A stretch of DNA of 35,678 bases from Actinomycetota bacterium (GTDB taxonomy: Bacteria; Actinomycetota; Acidimicrobiia; IMCC26256; PALSA-610), in assembly GCA_046727335.1 (NCBI GenBank), contig JBKPCL010000036.1, positions 1 to 35,678 of the forward strand, written 5' to 3'. The position numbers and the translations under genes are program-made. A model generated the notes under the pieces. The model did not search any database. It saw only the letters and a list, made by a program, of their open reading frames with translations, and had not been told where the DNA came from. Shown piece by piece: positions 22,728 to 30,435 of the stretch (positions are counted from its first letter, which is position 1; every line of letters starts with the position of its first letter).

Positions 22728-24388
22728 CGGTCGACGACGCCCTCGCGACGGAGTCGCGCGTGTACGCGCGTCGATGGTGGACGCTCGCCGTTCTGTGTCT
22801 GAGCCTGCTGATCGTGTTCGTCGGCAACTCGAGCTTGAACGTCACCATCCCGACGCTGTCCCGGGAGCTCGGCGCGTCGACCTCACAGCTGCAGTGGGTC
22901 ATCGCCGCATACTCGCTCGTCTTTGCCGGCCTGCTGTTCTCGACCGGCGCGCTCGGCGACCGCTATGGCCGCAAAGGTGCGCTGCAGTTCGGACTCGTGG
23001 TGTACCTCGTCGCGTGCACGCTCGCGAGCTCGTCGAACGCGATGTGGCAGCTCATCGCGTGTCGAGCCGTGATGGGTGTCGGCGCCGCGTTCATCATGCC
23101 GTCGACGCTTTCGATCTTGGTCAACGTGTTCCCGCCGCACGAACGAACCAAGGCAATCGCAATCTGGGCCAGCGTGACCGGGGCCGCCGGGGCCATCGGT
23201 CCGGTCGCGAGCGGTTGGCTCCTCGGACATTTCTGGTATGGCTCGGTGTTCCTCGTCAATGTCCCGATCTTGCTGACGGCGCTCGTCGCCGGATGGTTCC
23301 TCGTGCCGAAGTCGCGCGATCCCGAGCAAGGTCAGCTCGATCCGGGCGGGGCACTGCTGTCGATCGTCGGGATCGGTTCGTTGGTGTACGGACTGATCCA
23401 GGCTCCGCAAATCGGTTGGCACAGCACCCAGACGCTCGCCGCGTTCGCGATTGCCGTCGTCGTGCTCGTCTTGTTCGTCGCGTGGGAGCTGCGGGTGCAC
23501 GAGCCGATGCTCGACATGCGGTTCTTCCGCAACCCGGCGTTCAGCACCGGCACCGGAGGCATGATCCTCATCTTCTTGTCGATGTTCGGCGTCATGTTCC
23601 TCATCACGCAGTACTTCCAGCTGATCCTCGGCTATTCGCCGCTCAGCGCTGCGCTGCGCTTGCTGCCGATGGCGCCGATCATGATCCTCGTCTCGCCGAT
23701 GACCCCGCGACTGAGCGCCCGGTTCGGCGCCAATCGCGTGGTCGCGGCCGGCATGGGTGGCGTCACGCTCGGCCTGTTGATGTTCCGGGCCCTCACACCG
23801 CACACGCCGTACTGGTATGTCCTCCTGTCGATCGTGCCGCTCGTCAGCGGCATCGCGCTCTCGATGTCGCCGATGACCGCGTCGATCATGTCCGCCGTGC
23901 CTGCTCGTCGCGCCGGTGCCGGATCGGCGATGAACGACGCGACACGCGAGCTCGGTGCCGCGCTCGGTATCGCGCTCATGGGCAGCCTGGCGGCGTCGCA
24001 GTACAGCTCACATCTCGCCCCGGTGACGGCGCACCTTCCGGTCGCGGTGCAGCGCCAGGCGCGTGTCTCGCTCGCCGACGCGTTGGGCGCAGCAACGAAG
24101 CTCGGCGGATCTGCCGGTCAGGCGCTGACTGTCGGCGCGCAACACGCGTTCATCGATGGCATCCAGCTCGCCGTCACCTGTGGCGCGATTCTCGCCGCGA
24201 CGGCGGCCGTCATCGTGTTCCGGTACTTGCCGCACCAGGCTGCGCACGGTGCCGGCAAGAGCCCGGTCGAGGCGATGGAAGAAACCGCCGAACTCGCGCT
24301 CGCGGGCGTCGAGCCGGCATTCGCCGAGTCCGGCGACGCTCGCGCAGCCGACGCACGCGGAGCTGAGGTCAGGCAGCTACCCGCGTGA
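22724..24388 (+). CDS. MFS transporter, DHA2 (EmrB/QacA-like, 14-TMS) drug:H+ antiporter family
   Basis: ATGA overlap with the mini-MMPL stop. Motif A is GALGDRYGRK. 554 aa with about 14 hydrophobic helices. Confidence 0.9.
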   Translation: MTVDDALATESRVYARRWWTLAVLCLSLLIVFVGNSSLNVTIPTLSRELGASTSQLQWVIAAYSLVFAGLLFSTGALGDRYGRKGALQFGLVVYLVACTLASSSNAMWQLIACRAVMGVGAAFIMPSTLSILVNVFPPHERTKAIAIWASVTGAAGAIGPVASGWLLGHFWYGSVFLVNVPILLTALVAGWFLVPKSRDPEQGQLDPGGALLSIVGIGSLVYGLIQAPQIGWHSTQTLAAFAIAVVVLVLFVAWELRVHEPMLDMRFFRNPAFSTGTGGMILIFLSMFGVMFLITQYFQLILGYSPLSAALRLLPMAPIMILVSPMTPRLSARFGANRVVAAGMGGVTLGLLMFRALTPHTPYWYVLLSIVPLVSGIALSMSPMTASIMSAVPARRAGAGSAMNDATRELGAALGIALMGSLAASQYSSHLAPVTAHLPVAVQRQARVSLADALGAATKLGGSAGQALTVGAQHAFIDGIQLAVTCGAILAATAAVIVFRYLPHQAAHGAGKSPVEAMEETAELALAGVEPAFAESGDARAADARGAEVRQLPA

Positions 24389-25256
24389 TGGCCTGAACCT
24401 CCTGCGGGCCCAAGTCGAGCCCGGCGGCGGCGACATTGCTCTCGAGGTGCGACACCGAACCCGTCCCGGGAATCGGAAGGACTGCGGGTGAGCGCGCGAG
24501 CAGCCAGGCGAGCGCGACTTGCCTCGGAGTCGCGTCGTGACTCGCCGCGATTTGCTGCACGGCGCGGTTGTGGTCGAGGTCGAGGATGGGCGCCCACGGC
24601 AAGAACACCATCTCTTCTTGCTCGCAGAGGTCGATGATCGAGTCCGACGCTTGATCAGTCGCGTTGTAGCGGTTCTGTACCGAGACGATCGCCGCGACCT
24701 GTTGTGCGTCGCGCAGCTGCGACTCCGAGACGTTGCAGACACCGATGTGGCGGATCTTGCCTTGGTCCTTGAGCTCGGCGAGGGCGCCGATGGAGTCAGC
24801 GAGCGGTACCTCGGGATCCGGTCGATGGAACTGGTACAGCGGGATTTGGTCCAGCCGCAGCCGACGCAGGCTTCCGTCGCACGCGTCACGGAGGTGTTCA
24901 GGTCGACCGTTCGCGGGCCATCGTCCAGGGCCGGTGCGCACGAGGCCACCCTTCGTCGCGATGACCAGGTCTTCGGGATACGGAGAGAGCGCCTCCGCAA
25001 TCAACGTTTCGCTCACATCGGGACCGTACGAATCAGCGGTATCGATGAAGTTCACGCCCAGCTCGACGGCTCGTCGCAGCACGGCCTTCGCTTCGTCGCG
25101 GTCGGGTGGCTCACCCCAGATGCCCCGGCCGGTGATGCGCATCGCGCCATATCCGAGACGATGCACCGTCAGGTCACCGCCGACGTCGATGGTCCCCGCT
25201 CCTGCGGCGGGCGTACTCGATTGCGACACCACCGTCCCCTGTCGTTGTCGTTGCAC
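24369..25256 (-). CDS. Aldo/keto reductase
   Basis: LGYGAMRITG, FIDTADSYG, IPLYQFHRPD and IRHIGVCNVS motifs. 295 aa. Confidence 0.9.
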   Translation of the reverse strand: MQRQRQGTVVSQSSTPAAGAGTIDVGGDLTVHRLGYGAMRITGRGIWGEPPDRDEAKAVLRRAVELGVNFIDTADSYGPDVSETLIAEALSPYPEDLVIATKGGLVRTGPGRWPANGRPEHLRDACDGSLRRLRLDQIPLYQFHRPDPEVPLADSIGALAELKDQGKIRHIGVCNVSESQLRDAQQVAAIVSVQNRYNATDQASDSIIDLCEQEEMVFLPWAPILDLDHNRAVQQIAASHDATPRQVALAWLLARSPAVLPIPGTGSVSHLESNVAAAGLDLGPQEVQAITRVAA

Positions 25257-25288
25257 AGGTTCTTCAGGCGCGGCGTGAGGCTCGTCGC

Positions 25289-25822
25289 TTACGGCGAGAC
25301 GATCGGGAACCGCTCGGCCAGCGCTTTCGGAAGCTCTTCCGGTTGATCGAGCGGCAGCAGACGACCGTTCAGGAAGACGGTCGCGGTCGTCACAACGCCG
25401 CTACTCACGCCGCTTCGCTGATCGCGGCGCACGGCATCGGCGAAATTTCCGTACGCCAGATCCTCGTCGAAGCGTTCCACGTCGAGGCCGAGCGTCTGCG
25501 CATGCGTAGCAAGGTCGGCGACCTCCAACGCGTCCTGATGCTCGAAGAGTCGGTCGTGCATCGGCCAGAACATGCCTTGGTCGTCGGCAGCTTCCGCGGC
25601 TTGGGCCGCCGCGAAGGCATGAGGATGCGCGCCCGTGAGCGGGAAGTGCCGGAAGACCTCCTCCACGGTCTCGTTCGCTGCCCGGAGGTCGCGCATGACG
25701 CGCCACAGACGGCCCGACTGTGGACACTCGTAATCGCCGAACACCGTCAAGACGATGTCGCCTGCCGCATCGCCGCGCCGGTGATCAGCTTCCGAGACGG
25801 GCGGCCGCAGTTCGGTACTCAC
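25289..25822 (-). CDS. Cytoplasmic DsbA-family thioredoxin-fold protein with a degenerate CPQS active site
   Basis: VFGDYECPQSG occupies the place of the usual CPYC. FRHFPL, FWPMHDRLF and TATVFLNG motifs are present. No signal peptide. GTG start. Confidence 0.8.
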   Translation of the reverse strand: MSTELRPPVSEADHRRGDAAGDIVLTVFGDYECPQSGRLWRVMRDLRAANETVEEVFRHFPLTGAHPHAFAAAQAAEAADDQGMFWPMHDRLFEHQDALEVADLATHAQTLGLDVERFDEDLAYGNFADAVRRDQRSGVSSGVVTTATVFLNGRLLPLDQPEELPKALAERFPIVSP

Positions 25823-26163
25823 GGCCGTCGCTCGATGAACAGCGGTCGGTCCCTCGTGTCCACCCCACCATTGTGGACCCGTTGGCCCGGCGTTCGCGTT
25901 CCGCGAATTCCCGGGTCGGCAGACGCCGCTGTTCTTCAGAGCGCGACGACTTGTCCTTTCATCCCCGAGACGGCCGCGACAGCAGCCTTCCTCCGCTCTA
26001 CAAGGCCTCGGCCCCGATGAGCACCGTTCTGAATGGTGCTTTTCCTTGGCGGCACGGTGAGCGGACGGCGCAGCGGCGAGCCGTTCGGCCAGCTTCCCGA
26101 CGGAGCCATCGTCGAAGCGCTGCCCGGGCTGCGAGTCAAAGGCAAAGAATCGCTCGTCGACGC

Positions 26164-27369
26164 CTACATTCTGCGTGCCCTTCCCTGACGAGAAGCTGTC
26201 GGGCTTCTATGCCCGGATCCCGGCAGTCGGCGCGCAATGCGGTCGGTGTTCGCCGCGAGCAACGGCGCAGCGAGAGCGAGCACCAGTACATATCCGGCGA
26301 CGAACGGTCCGATGCGCGCGTCGAGGCCGGCGCTGACCGCCAATGACGCGAGGATGAGCGAGAACTCACCGCGGGCAAGCATCGTGAACGCGACATTCGC
26401 CCCGGCAGCCGCCGTGAAGCCGTAGATACGGGTCACGATCGCCCCGGCAATGATGCTCAGCGTCGTGGTCATCGCAATCGCGGCGGCTATCGGAGCCGCG
26501 ACGGCCGCGATATCGCCGGGATCGACACTGACACCGAACGCGAAGAAGAACAGAGCCGCAAACGTGTCGCGAAGCGGGTGCACGAGATGCGTGATCCATC
26601 CGCGCTTGCGGCTGCCGGCGAGCACGAGGCCCATCATGAAGGCGCCGATGGCGTCGGACACGCCGACTTCCTCGGCGACGCCCGCGGTGAGGACCGCCAA
26701 GCCGACGCACCCGGCAATGAGCAACTCATTGTCCTCGGTATCGACCATTCGGCTGACCCAACGAGCGCCGTGACGCGCGAGTAGAGCGAGCGCGACGAGA
26801 AACGCGAAGGCCTTGCCCGTCGAGAACACGACATCGACCGCGCCCTGGTTGTGATGGAGCACGGGCTGCAACAGCGCGAGGTACAGCGCGAGGAAGAGAT
26901 CTTCGACGACGATGATGCCAAGGATCGCCCGCGTTTCGTCATTGGCGAGCCGGCGGAACTCGATGATCAGTTTGGTCACGATCGCCGACGACGAGACGGC
27001 GACCGCGCCTGCGATGACGAGCGCTTCGCGGCTCCCCCATCGGAGCGCGAACCCAAAAGCGAGTCCGGCGCCGACGTTGCAGAGCAGGACCGCGGCACCT
27101 GCGGCAACCAGGCGGCGCCCACCTCCGATGAGTTCGTCGACCGAGAACTCGAGCCCCAGGGAGAAGAGCAGCAGCACGAGACCGAGTGTCGCCAGGAGTT
27201 CGAGCGCGCGCGGATCGTGCACGAGATCGAGGCCGGGCGTGTGCGGTCCGAACGCCAGCCCAGCCAGCATGAACAATGGGATGGTCGGGAGGCCGATGCG
27301 GCGCCCGACGCGGCCGAGAATGCTGGCCGCGACGAGCGCCCCACCGATGGCTACGAGCGAATCGCCCAT
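26164..27369 (-). CDS. Cation:proton antiporter (CPA2/Kef-type Na+/H+ or K+/H+ exchanger, membrane domain only)
   Basis: 401 aa with about 11-12 TM helices. The N-terminus GRRIGLPTIPLFMLAGLAFGP is typical of this family. No RCK/KTN domain. Confidence 0.9.
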   Translation of the reverse strand: MGDSLVAIGGALVAASILGRVGRRIGLPTIPLFMLAGLAFGPHTPGLDLVHDPRALELLATLGLVLLLFSLGLEFSVDELIGGGRRLVAAGAAVLLCNVGAGLAFGFALRWGSREALVIAGAVAVSSSAIVTKLIIEFRRLANDETRAILGIIVVEDLFLALYLALLQPVLHHNQGAVDVVFSTGKAFAFLVALALLARHGARWVSRMVDTEDNELLIAGCVGLAVLTAGVAEEVGVSDAIGAFMMGLVLAGSRKRGWITHLVHPLRDTFAALFFFAFGVSVDPGDIAAVAAPIAAAIAMTTTLSIIAGAIVTRIYGFTAAAGANVAFTMLARGEFSLILASLAVSAGLDARIGPFVAGYVLVLALAAPLLAANTDRIARRLPGSGHRSPTASRQGRARRM

Positions 27370-27375
27370 TGCCGG

Positions 27376-27507
27376 CTACTCGGGATAGAGCACGAAGACC
27401 GCGACGAGCAACGCGATTATCACGAGCGTCGCCGTCACACTGAGGATCAAGTAGTTGCGACGTGCGGCGCGGCGCTCAGGCGCGCGCGAGCGCGACGATT
27501 CCTTCAT
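27376..27507 (-). CDS. Possible 43-aa single-TM protein immediately upstream of the antiporter
   Basis: ATG at 27507 with a GAGGAG RBS 9 nt upstream. The product is MKESSRSRAPERRAARRNYLILSVTATLVIIALLVAVFVLYPE. Its stop lies 4 nt upstream of the antiporter start. No homology evidence. Confidence 0.3.
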   Translation of the reverse strand: MKESSRSRAPERRAARRNYLILSVTATLVIIALLVAVFVLYPE

Positions 27508-27559
27508 TGTTCCGATCTCCTCGCGTTGATTACGAGGCGCGCGCCGCGCGCCTCGTGCG

Positions 27560-27895
27560 TCAGAAGGAACTTGGAAGAACCGCTGGCGGCCCGCGCACAC
27601 GGACGATGCGATGCGATCGCCACGCGGACGCGGCGCGCCGGCGCTGTACGCCCGCATAGCACAGGAGCGTGGCTGCGAGTGCAGTTGCAGTAGCGAGCAG
27701 TGCCCATGCCGCGAGAACAGCCGACTGTCGAGTGGGTGCGGCGGTGGTGATTGCGAAGTGCGGGGCAACGTCCGCCGCCTCGATCGTGGGTCCGCGGGAC
27801 TCACCCGCCCCGATGCGAGCGCGCGCGGCGGAGGCACCGAAGGTGCAGAGCAGAACCGCAAGGAGGACGGCCGCGGAGGCTCGGGCGCGCCTCAT
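27560..27895 (-). CDS. Small bitopic membrane protein (111 aa: signal peptide, short ectodomain, TM, basic tail), paralogue of 29243..29587
   Basis: ATG at 27895, 56 nt downstream of the amt stop. The product begins MRRARASAAVLLAVLLCTFGASAARA. It then has ...TTAAPTRQS, the TM AVLAAWALLATATALAATLLCYAG, then VQRRR and ...RVRGPP. It shares the AAPTR...TM...RGPP layout with the upstream paralogue. Confidence 0.45.
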   Translation of the reverse strand: MRRARASAAVLLAVLLCTFGASAARARIGAGESRGPTIEAADVAPHFAITTAAPTRQSAVLAAWALLATATALAATLLCYAGVQRRRAASAWRSHRIVRVRGPPAVLPSSF

Positions 27896-27951
27896 TGCAC
27901 TGAGCTTACCAATGCCATCGCCGGGAGCTTCGTGTCGTTGACCATCTTCGA

Positions 27952-29186
27952 TCATGCGCGCTCGAACGCGTAACCGGTCTCCGAATGCTGAGTGATGTCG
28001 AGACCGACATCCTCGTCGTCTTCGGCCACTCTCATGCCACCGGGAAGCACCGCGCGCAGCACACCGGCAATCAGCCCAGAGGTGACGAACGAGAACGCCA
28101 GGACGACGACGACCGCGAGCAATTGCTCGCCGAACAGTCCCCAGCCGCCGCCGAAGAACGCACCGTCGTTTCCGGCCGGATTGACCGTCGCGTCGGCGAA
28201 CAGTCCGAGCAGTAGGGAGCCGATGATGCCGCCCACGAGGTGCACAGCGATGACATCCAGCGAGTCGTCGTACCCATATCGGAACTTCAGTCGAATCGCC
28301 ATGTAACACACCGCGCCTGCAATGCCTCCGATGACGACCGGCGCGAGGCCGCCGACGAACCCCGCGCATGGTGTGATCGCGACCAGCCCGGCAACCGCGC
28401 CCGACGCCGCACCGAGTGTCGTCGCATGCCCGCTCTGGATGCGCTCGACAATGAGCCATCCGAGCATCGCCGAGGCTGCCGCGACGAAGGTGTTGAGGAA
28501 CGCCTGCGCGGCGACTGTGTTGGCGGCGAGCGCCGAACCGGCGTTGAAGCCGAACCAGCCGAACCAAAGGATTCCTGTGCCCAACAAGGTGAACGGGAGC
28601 GAATGGGGCGTCAGCGGTTCTTGAGGCCAGCCCCTCCGCTTGCCGAGCAGCAGCACCAACGCCAGCGCGCGGCACCGGCGTTCACGTGCACCACCGTGCC
28701 ACCCGCGAAGTCGAGCGCGCCCCGCTTCGCGAGCCAGCCACCCGCGAAGACCCAGTGCGCCACTGGGAGGTAGACGAGCGTTGACCAGAGCCCAAGGAAC
28801 CATACCCACGCGTGCCAACGCATTCGATCGGCGATCGCACCGGTGATCAGCGCGGGAGTGATCACGGCGAACGTCAGTTGGAAGGCGACGAAGGCGAGCG
28901 TCGGGATCGTTCCCGACACGGCGTTGGTGAGGTCCTTGAGACCGATGTAGTCGAAGTTTCCGATCAGTCCTCCGTTTCCGGCGCCACCAAAGGCGAGGCT
29001 GTATCCGAAGAAGACCCACAGCACGGTGACGAGCCCCATCGCGAAGAAGTTCTGCATCAACATTGCAAGAACGTTCTTGGCCCGGACCATGCCGCCGTAG
29101 AACAAGGCGAGCCCGGGCGTCATGAAGAGAACGAGCGCGGTGCTGCAGAGCACCCACGCGGTATCTCCCGCGTCGATTTTCGGCAC
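27952..29186 (-). pseudogene. amt: Ammonium transporter (Amt/AmtB family) interrupted by a single-nucleotide frameshift near 28666-28673
   Basis: The N-terminal ~172 codons start at the GTG at 29186, with an AGGAG RBS 7 nt upstream. They read VPKIDAGDTAWVL...FYGGMVRAKN...DFAGGTVVHVNAGAA and then run into garbage. The C-terminal ~238 codons are in another frame (ALALVLLLGKRRGW...ILWFGWFGFNAGSA...HLVGGIIGSLLLGLFA). Adding one G/C in the GCCGCGCGC run restores ...NAGAAALALVLLLGKR. Confidence 0.85.
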
Positions 29187-29242
29187 GTGGCAACTCCTGA
29201 TGCGTGTGGGCACGCGCGAGCGCGCCCGAGCGACAGTGGACG

Positions 29243-29587
29243 TCAGATCAGGGTTGCGTGGTGCGGGGGTCCGCGCCGATTGACATTGCCGTACTGGGCG
29301 CGGACAGAAATGCGGGTGCGTCGAGCGCCGGCAGCAAGCATCGCAGCCGCCAGGGCAAGCGCGAGGCTGAGTGCCGGGATCCACGGCGAGAAGACGCGCG
29401 AACGTGTTGGTGCTGCTGGGGTCAGTGACGCGAGCGTGGCGTGTCCCTGGGAGATGGCGGACACCGACGCAGCCCGGGGAGCTCGACGGTCGTCGTTGCG
29501 GAGGCTCTCGCGCACGCCGAGCGTCGCACCCGCCACGAACACGACGGCGAGTGCAAGCATCCTTCGCCCGTGGTGGATCGAGCACAT
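29243..29587 (-). CDS. Small bitopic membrane protein (about 105-114 aa), paralogue of 27560..27895
   Basis: MLALAVVFVAGATLG acts as a signal-like segment. It is followed by ...TPAAPTRSR, the TM WIPALSLALALAAAMLAAG, then ARRTR and ...NRRGPP. The motif order and spacing match the downstream paralogue (42 vs 44 residues between AAPTR and RGPP). Confidence 0.45.
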   Translation of the reverse strand: MCSIHHGRRMLALAVVFVAGATLGVRESLRNDDRRAPRAASVSAISQGHATLASLTPAAPTRSRVFSPWIPALSLALALAAAMLAAGARRTRISVRAQYGNVNRRGPPHHATLI

Positions 29588-29691
29588 GATGACGACAGTC
29601 TGGCGACGAACTGTTACGACGACGTTTCGACTCGAACTCAGGTGGTTTCAGCCCCGCGGGTGCTGACGTCGGAAGATGGTGCACAACCTCG

Positions 29692-30435
29692 TCAACCCAG
29701 CGAACCGTGGAACTTGGCGTTGCCGAACGCGAAGATCCCACCGTCGGAAGCGACGAACCAGTAGCCACCACCGTTCGGCGTCGATGCCATGCCGACGATC
29801 GGACGGTTCAAGCGGATCGCGCCGGTCGAACCGTAGAAGTGCGCGTTCCCGAACGCGAAGATCCCGCCGTCAGACGCGACCAACCAATACCCGCCGCCGG
29901 TTGGTGTCTTGCTCATGCCGACGATCGGTCGGTTGAGTCGGATCGCGCCCGTCGAGCCGTAGAAGTGCGCGTTCCCGAACGCAAAGATCCCGCCGTCAGA
30001 CGCGACCATCCAATAACCGCCGCCGTTCGGAGTTGCCGCCATGCCGACGATCGGACGGTTCAAGCGAATCGCGCCCGTCGAGCCGTAGAAGTGCGCGTTC
30101 CCGAACGCGAAGATCCCACCATCGGACGCCACCAACCAATAGCCGCCACCGTTGGGCGTTCCCACCATGCCGACGATCGGACGGTGCAAGCGGATGGCTC
30201 CGGTCGAGCCGTAGAAGTGCGCGTCGCCGGCGGTAAAGATTCCGCCATCGCTCGCGACCTTCCAATAACCCTTGCTCGTCGGTGTCGCCGCGATACCGAC
30301 GATCGGCCGGTTCAGATGCGTCGCGCCGGCGGCGGCGCCGCACGCAGTCGGGCCGCAGGTGTAGACGCCACCGTTGTTCGCCGCCAGCCAGTACGCGCTT
30401 CCATCGGGCTTCGCCGCCATCCCGACGATCGGAGG
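29692..30435 (-). repeat. In-frame 126-bp tandem repeat array (about 6-7 units) encoding the 42-aa propeller-blade repeat
   Basis: CCGTAGAAGT recurs at 29831, 29957, 30083 and 30209, exactly 126 bp apart. The flanking ~50 nt are nearly identical between the central units. Confidence 0.9.

Noticed and set aside
22573-24366. 597-aa plus-strand ORF and 306-aa minus-strand ORF overlapping the MFS gene
   Set aside because: These are out-of-frame or antisense shadows. The 22724..24388 frame gives a canonical 14-TMS DHA2 transporter with motif A.
24369-24388. 20-nt 3'-end overlap of the convergent MFS and aldo/keto reductase genes as a regulatory feature
   Set aside because: Short convergent overlaps are common in compact high-GC genomes. 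There is no associated structure, and the MFS C-terminal tail is low-complexity, so its true stop may not matter functionally.
25936-26145. 69-aa minus-strand ORF in the DsbA/antiporter gap
   Set aside because: It has no RBS, its composition is Pro/Gly/Arg/Ser-rich, and it has no motif.
27376-27861. 161-aa minus-strand ORF upstream of the antiporter
   Set aside because: Most of it overlaps the better-supported small ORF at 27560..27895 in another frame and is Pro/Arg/Ser-rich. Only the last 43 codons (RBS + single TM) were kept, at low confidence.
28660-28680. Programmed ribosomal frameshift in amt
   Set aside because: There is no slippery heptamer and no downstream stimulatory structure is evident. 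Amt genes are not known to use recoding. A mutation or a sequencing error in a GC run is the simpler explanation.
27952-29771. Three overlapping minus-strand ORFs (27560..28675, 27952..29193, 28611..29771) treated as separate genes
   Set aside because: Only the segments 29186-28669 and 28668-27952 look like protein (the N- and C-halves of Amt). The remaining parts are Arg-rich read-through of neighbouring frames. I reinterpreted them as one frameshifted amt plus two small flanking ORFs.
29692-30435. Regularly spaced repeats considered as a possible CRISPR-like or minisatellite array
   Set aside because: The units abut each other with no spacers and the period is a multiple of three. They translate into a conserved 42-aa blade motif that continues the upstream ORF, so this is a coding tandem repeat.
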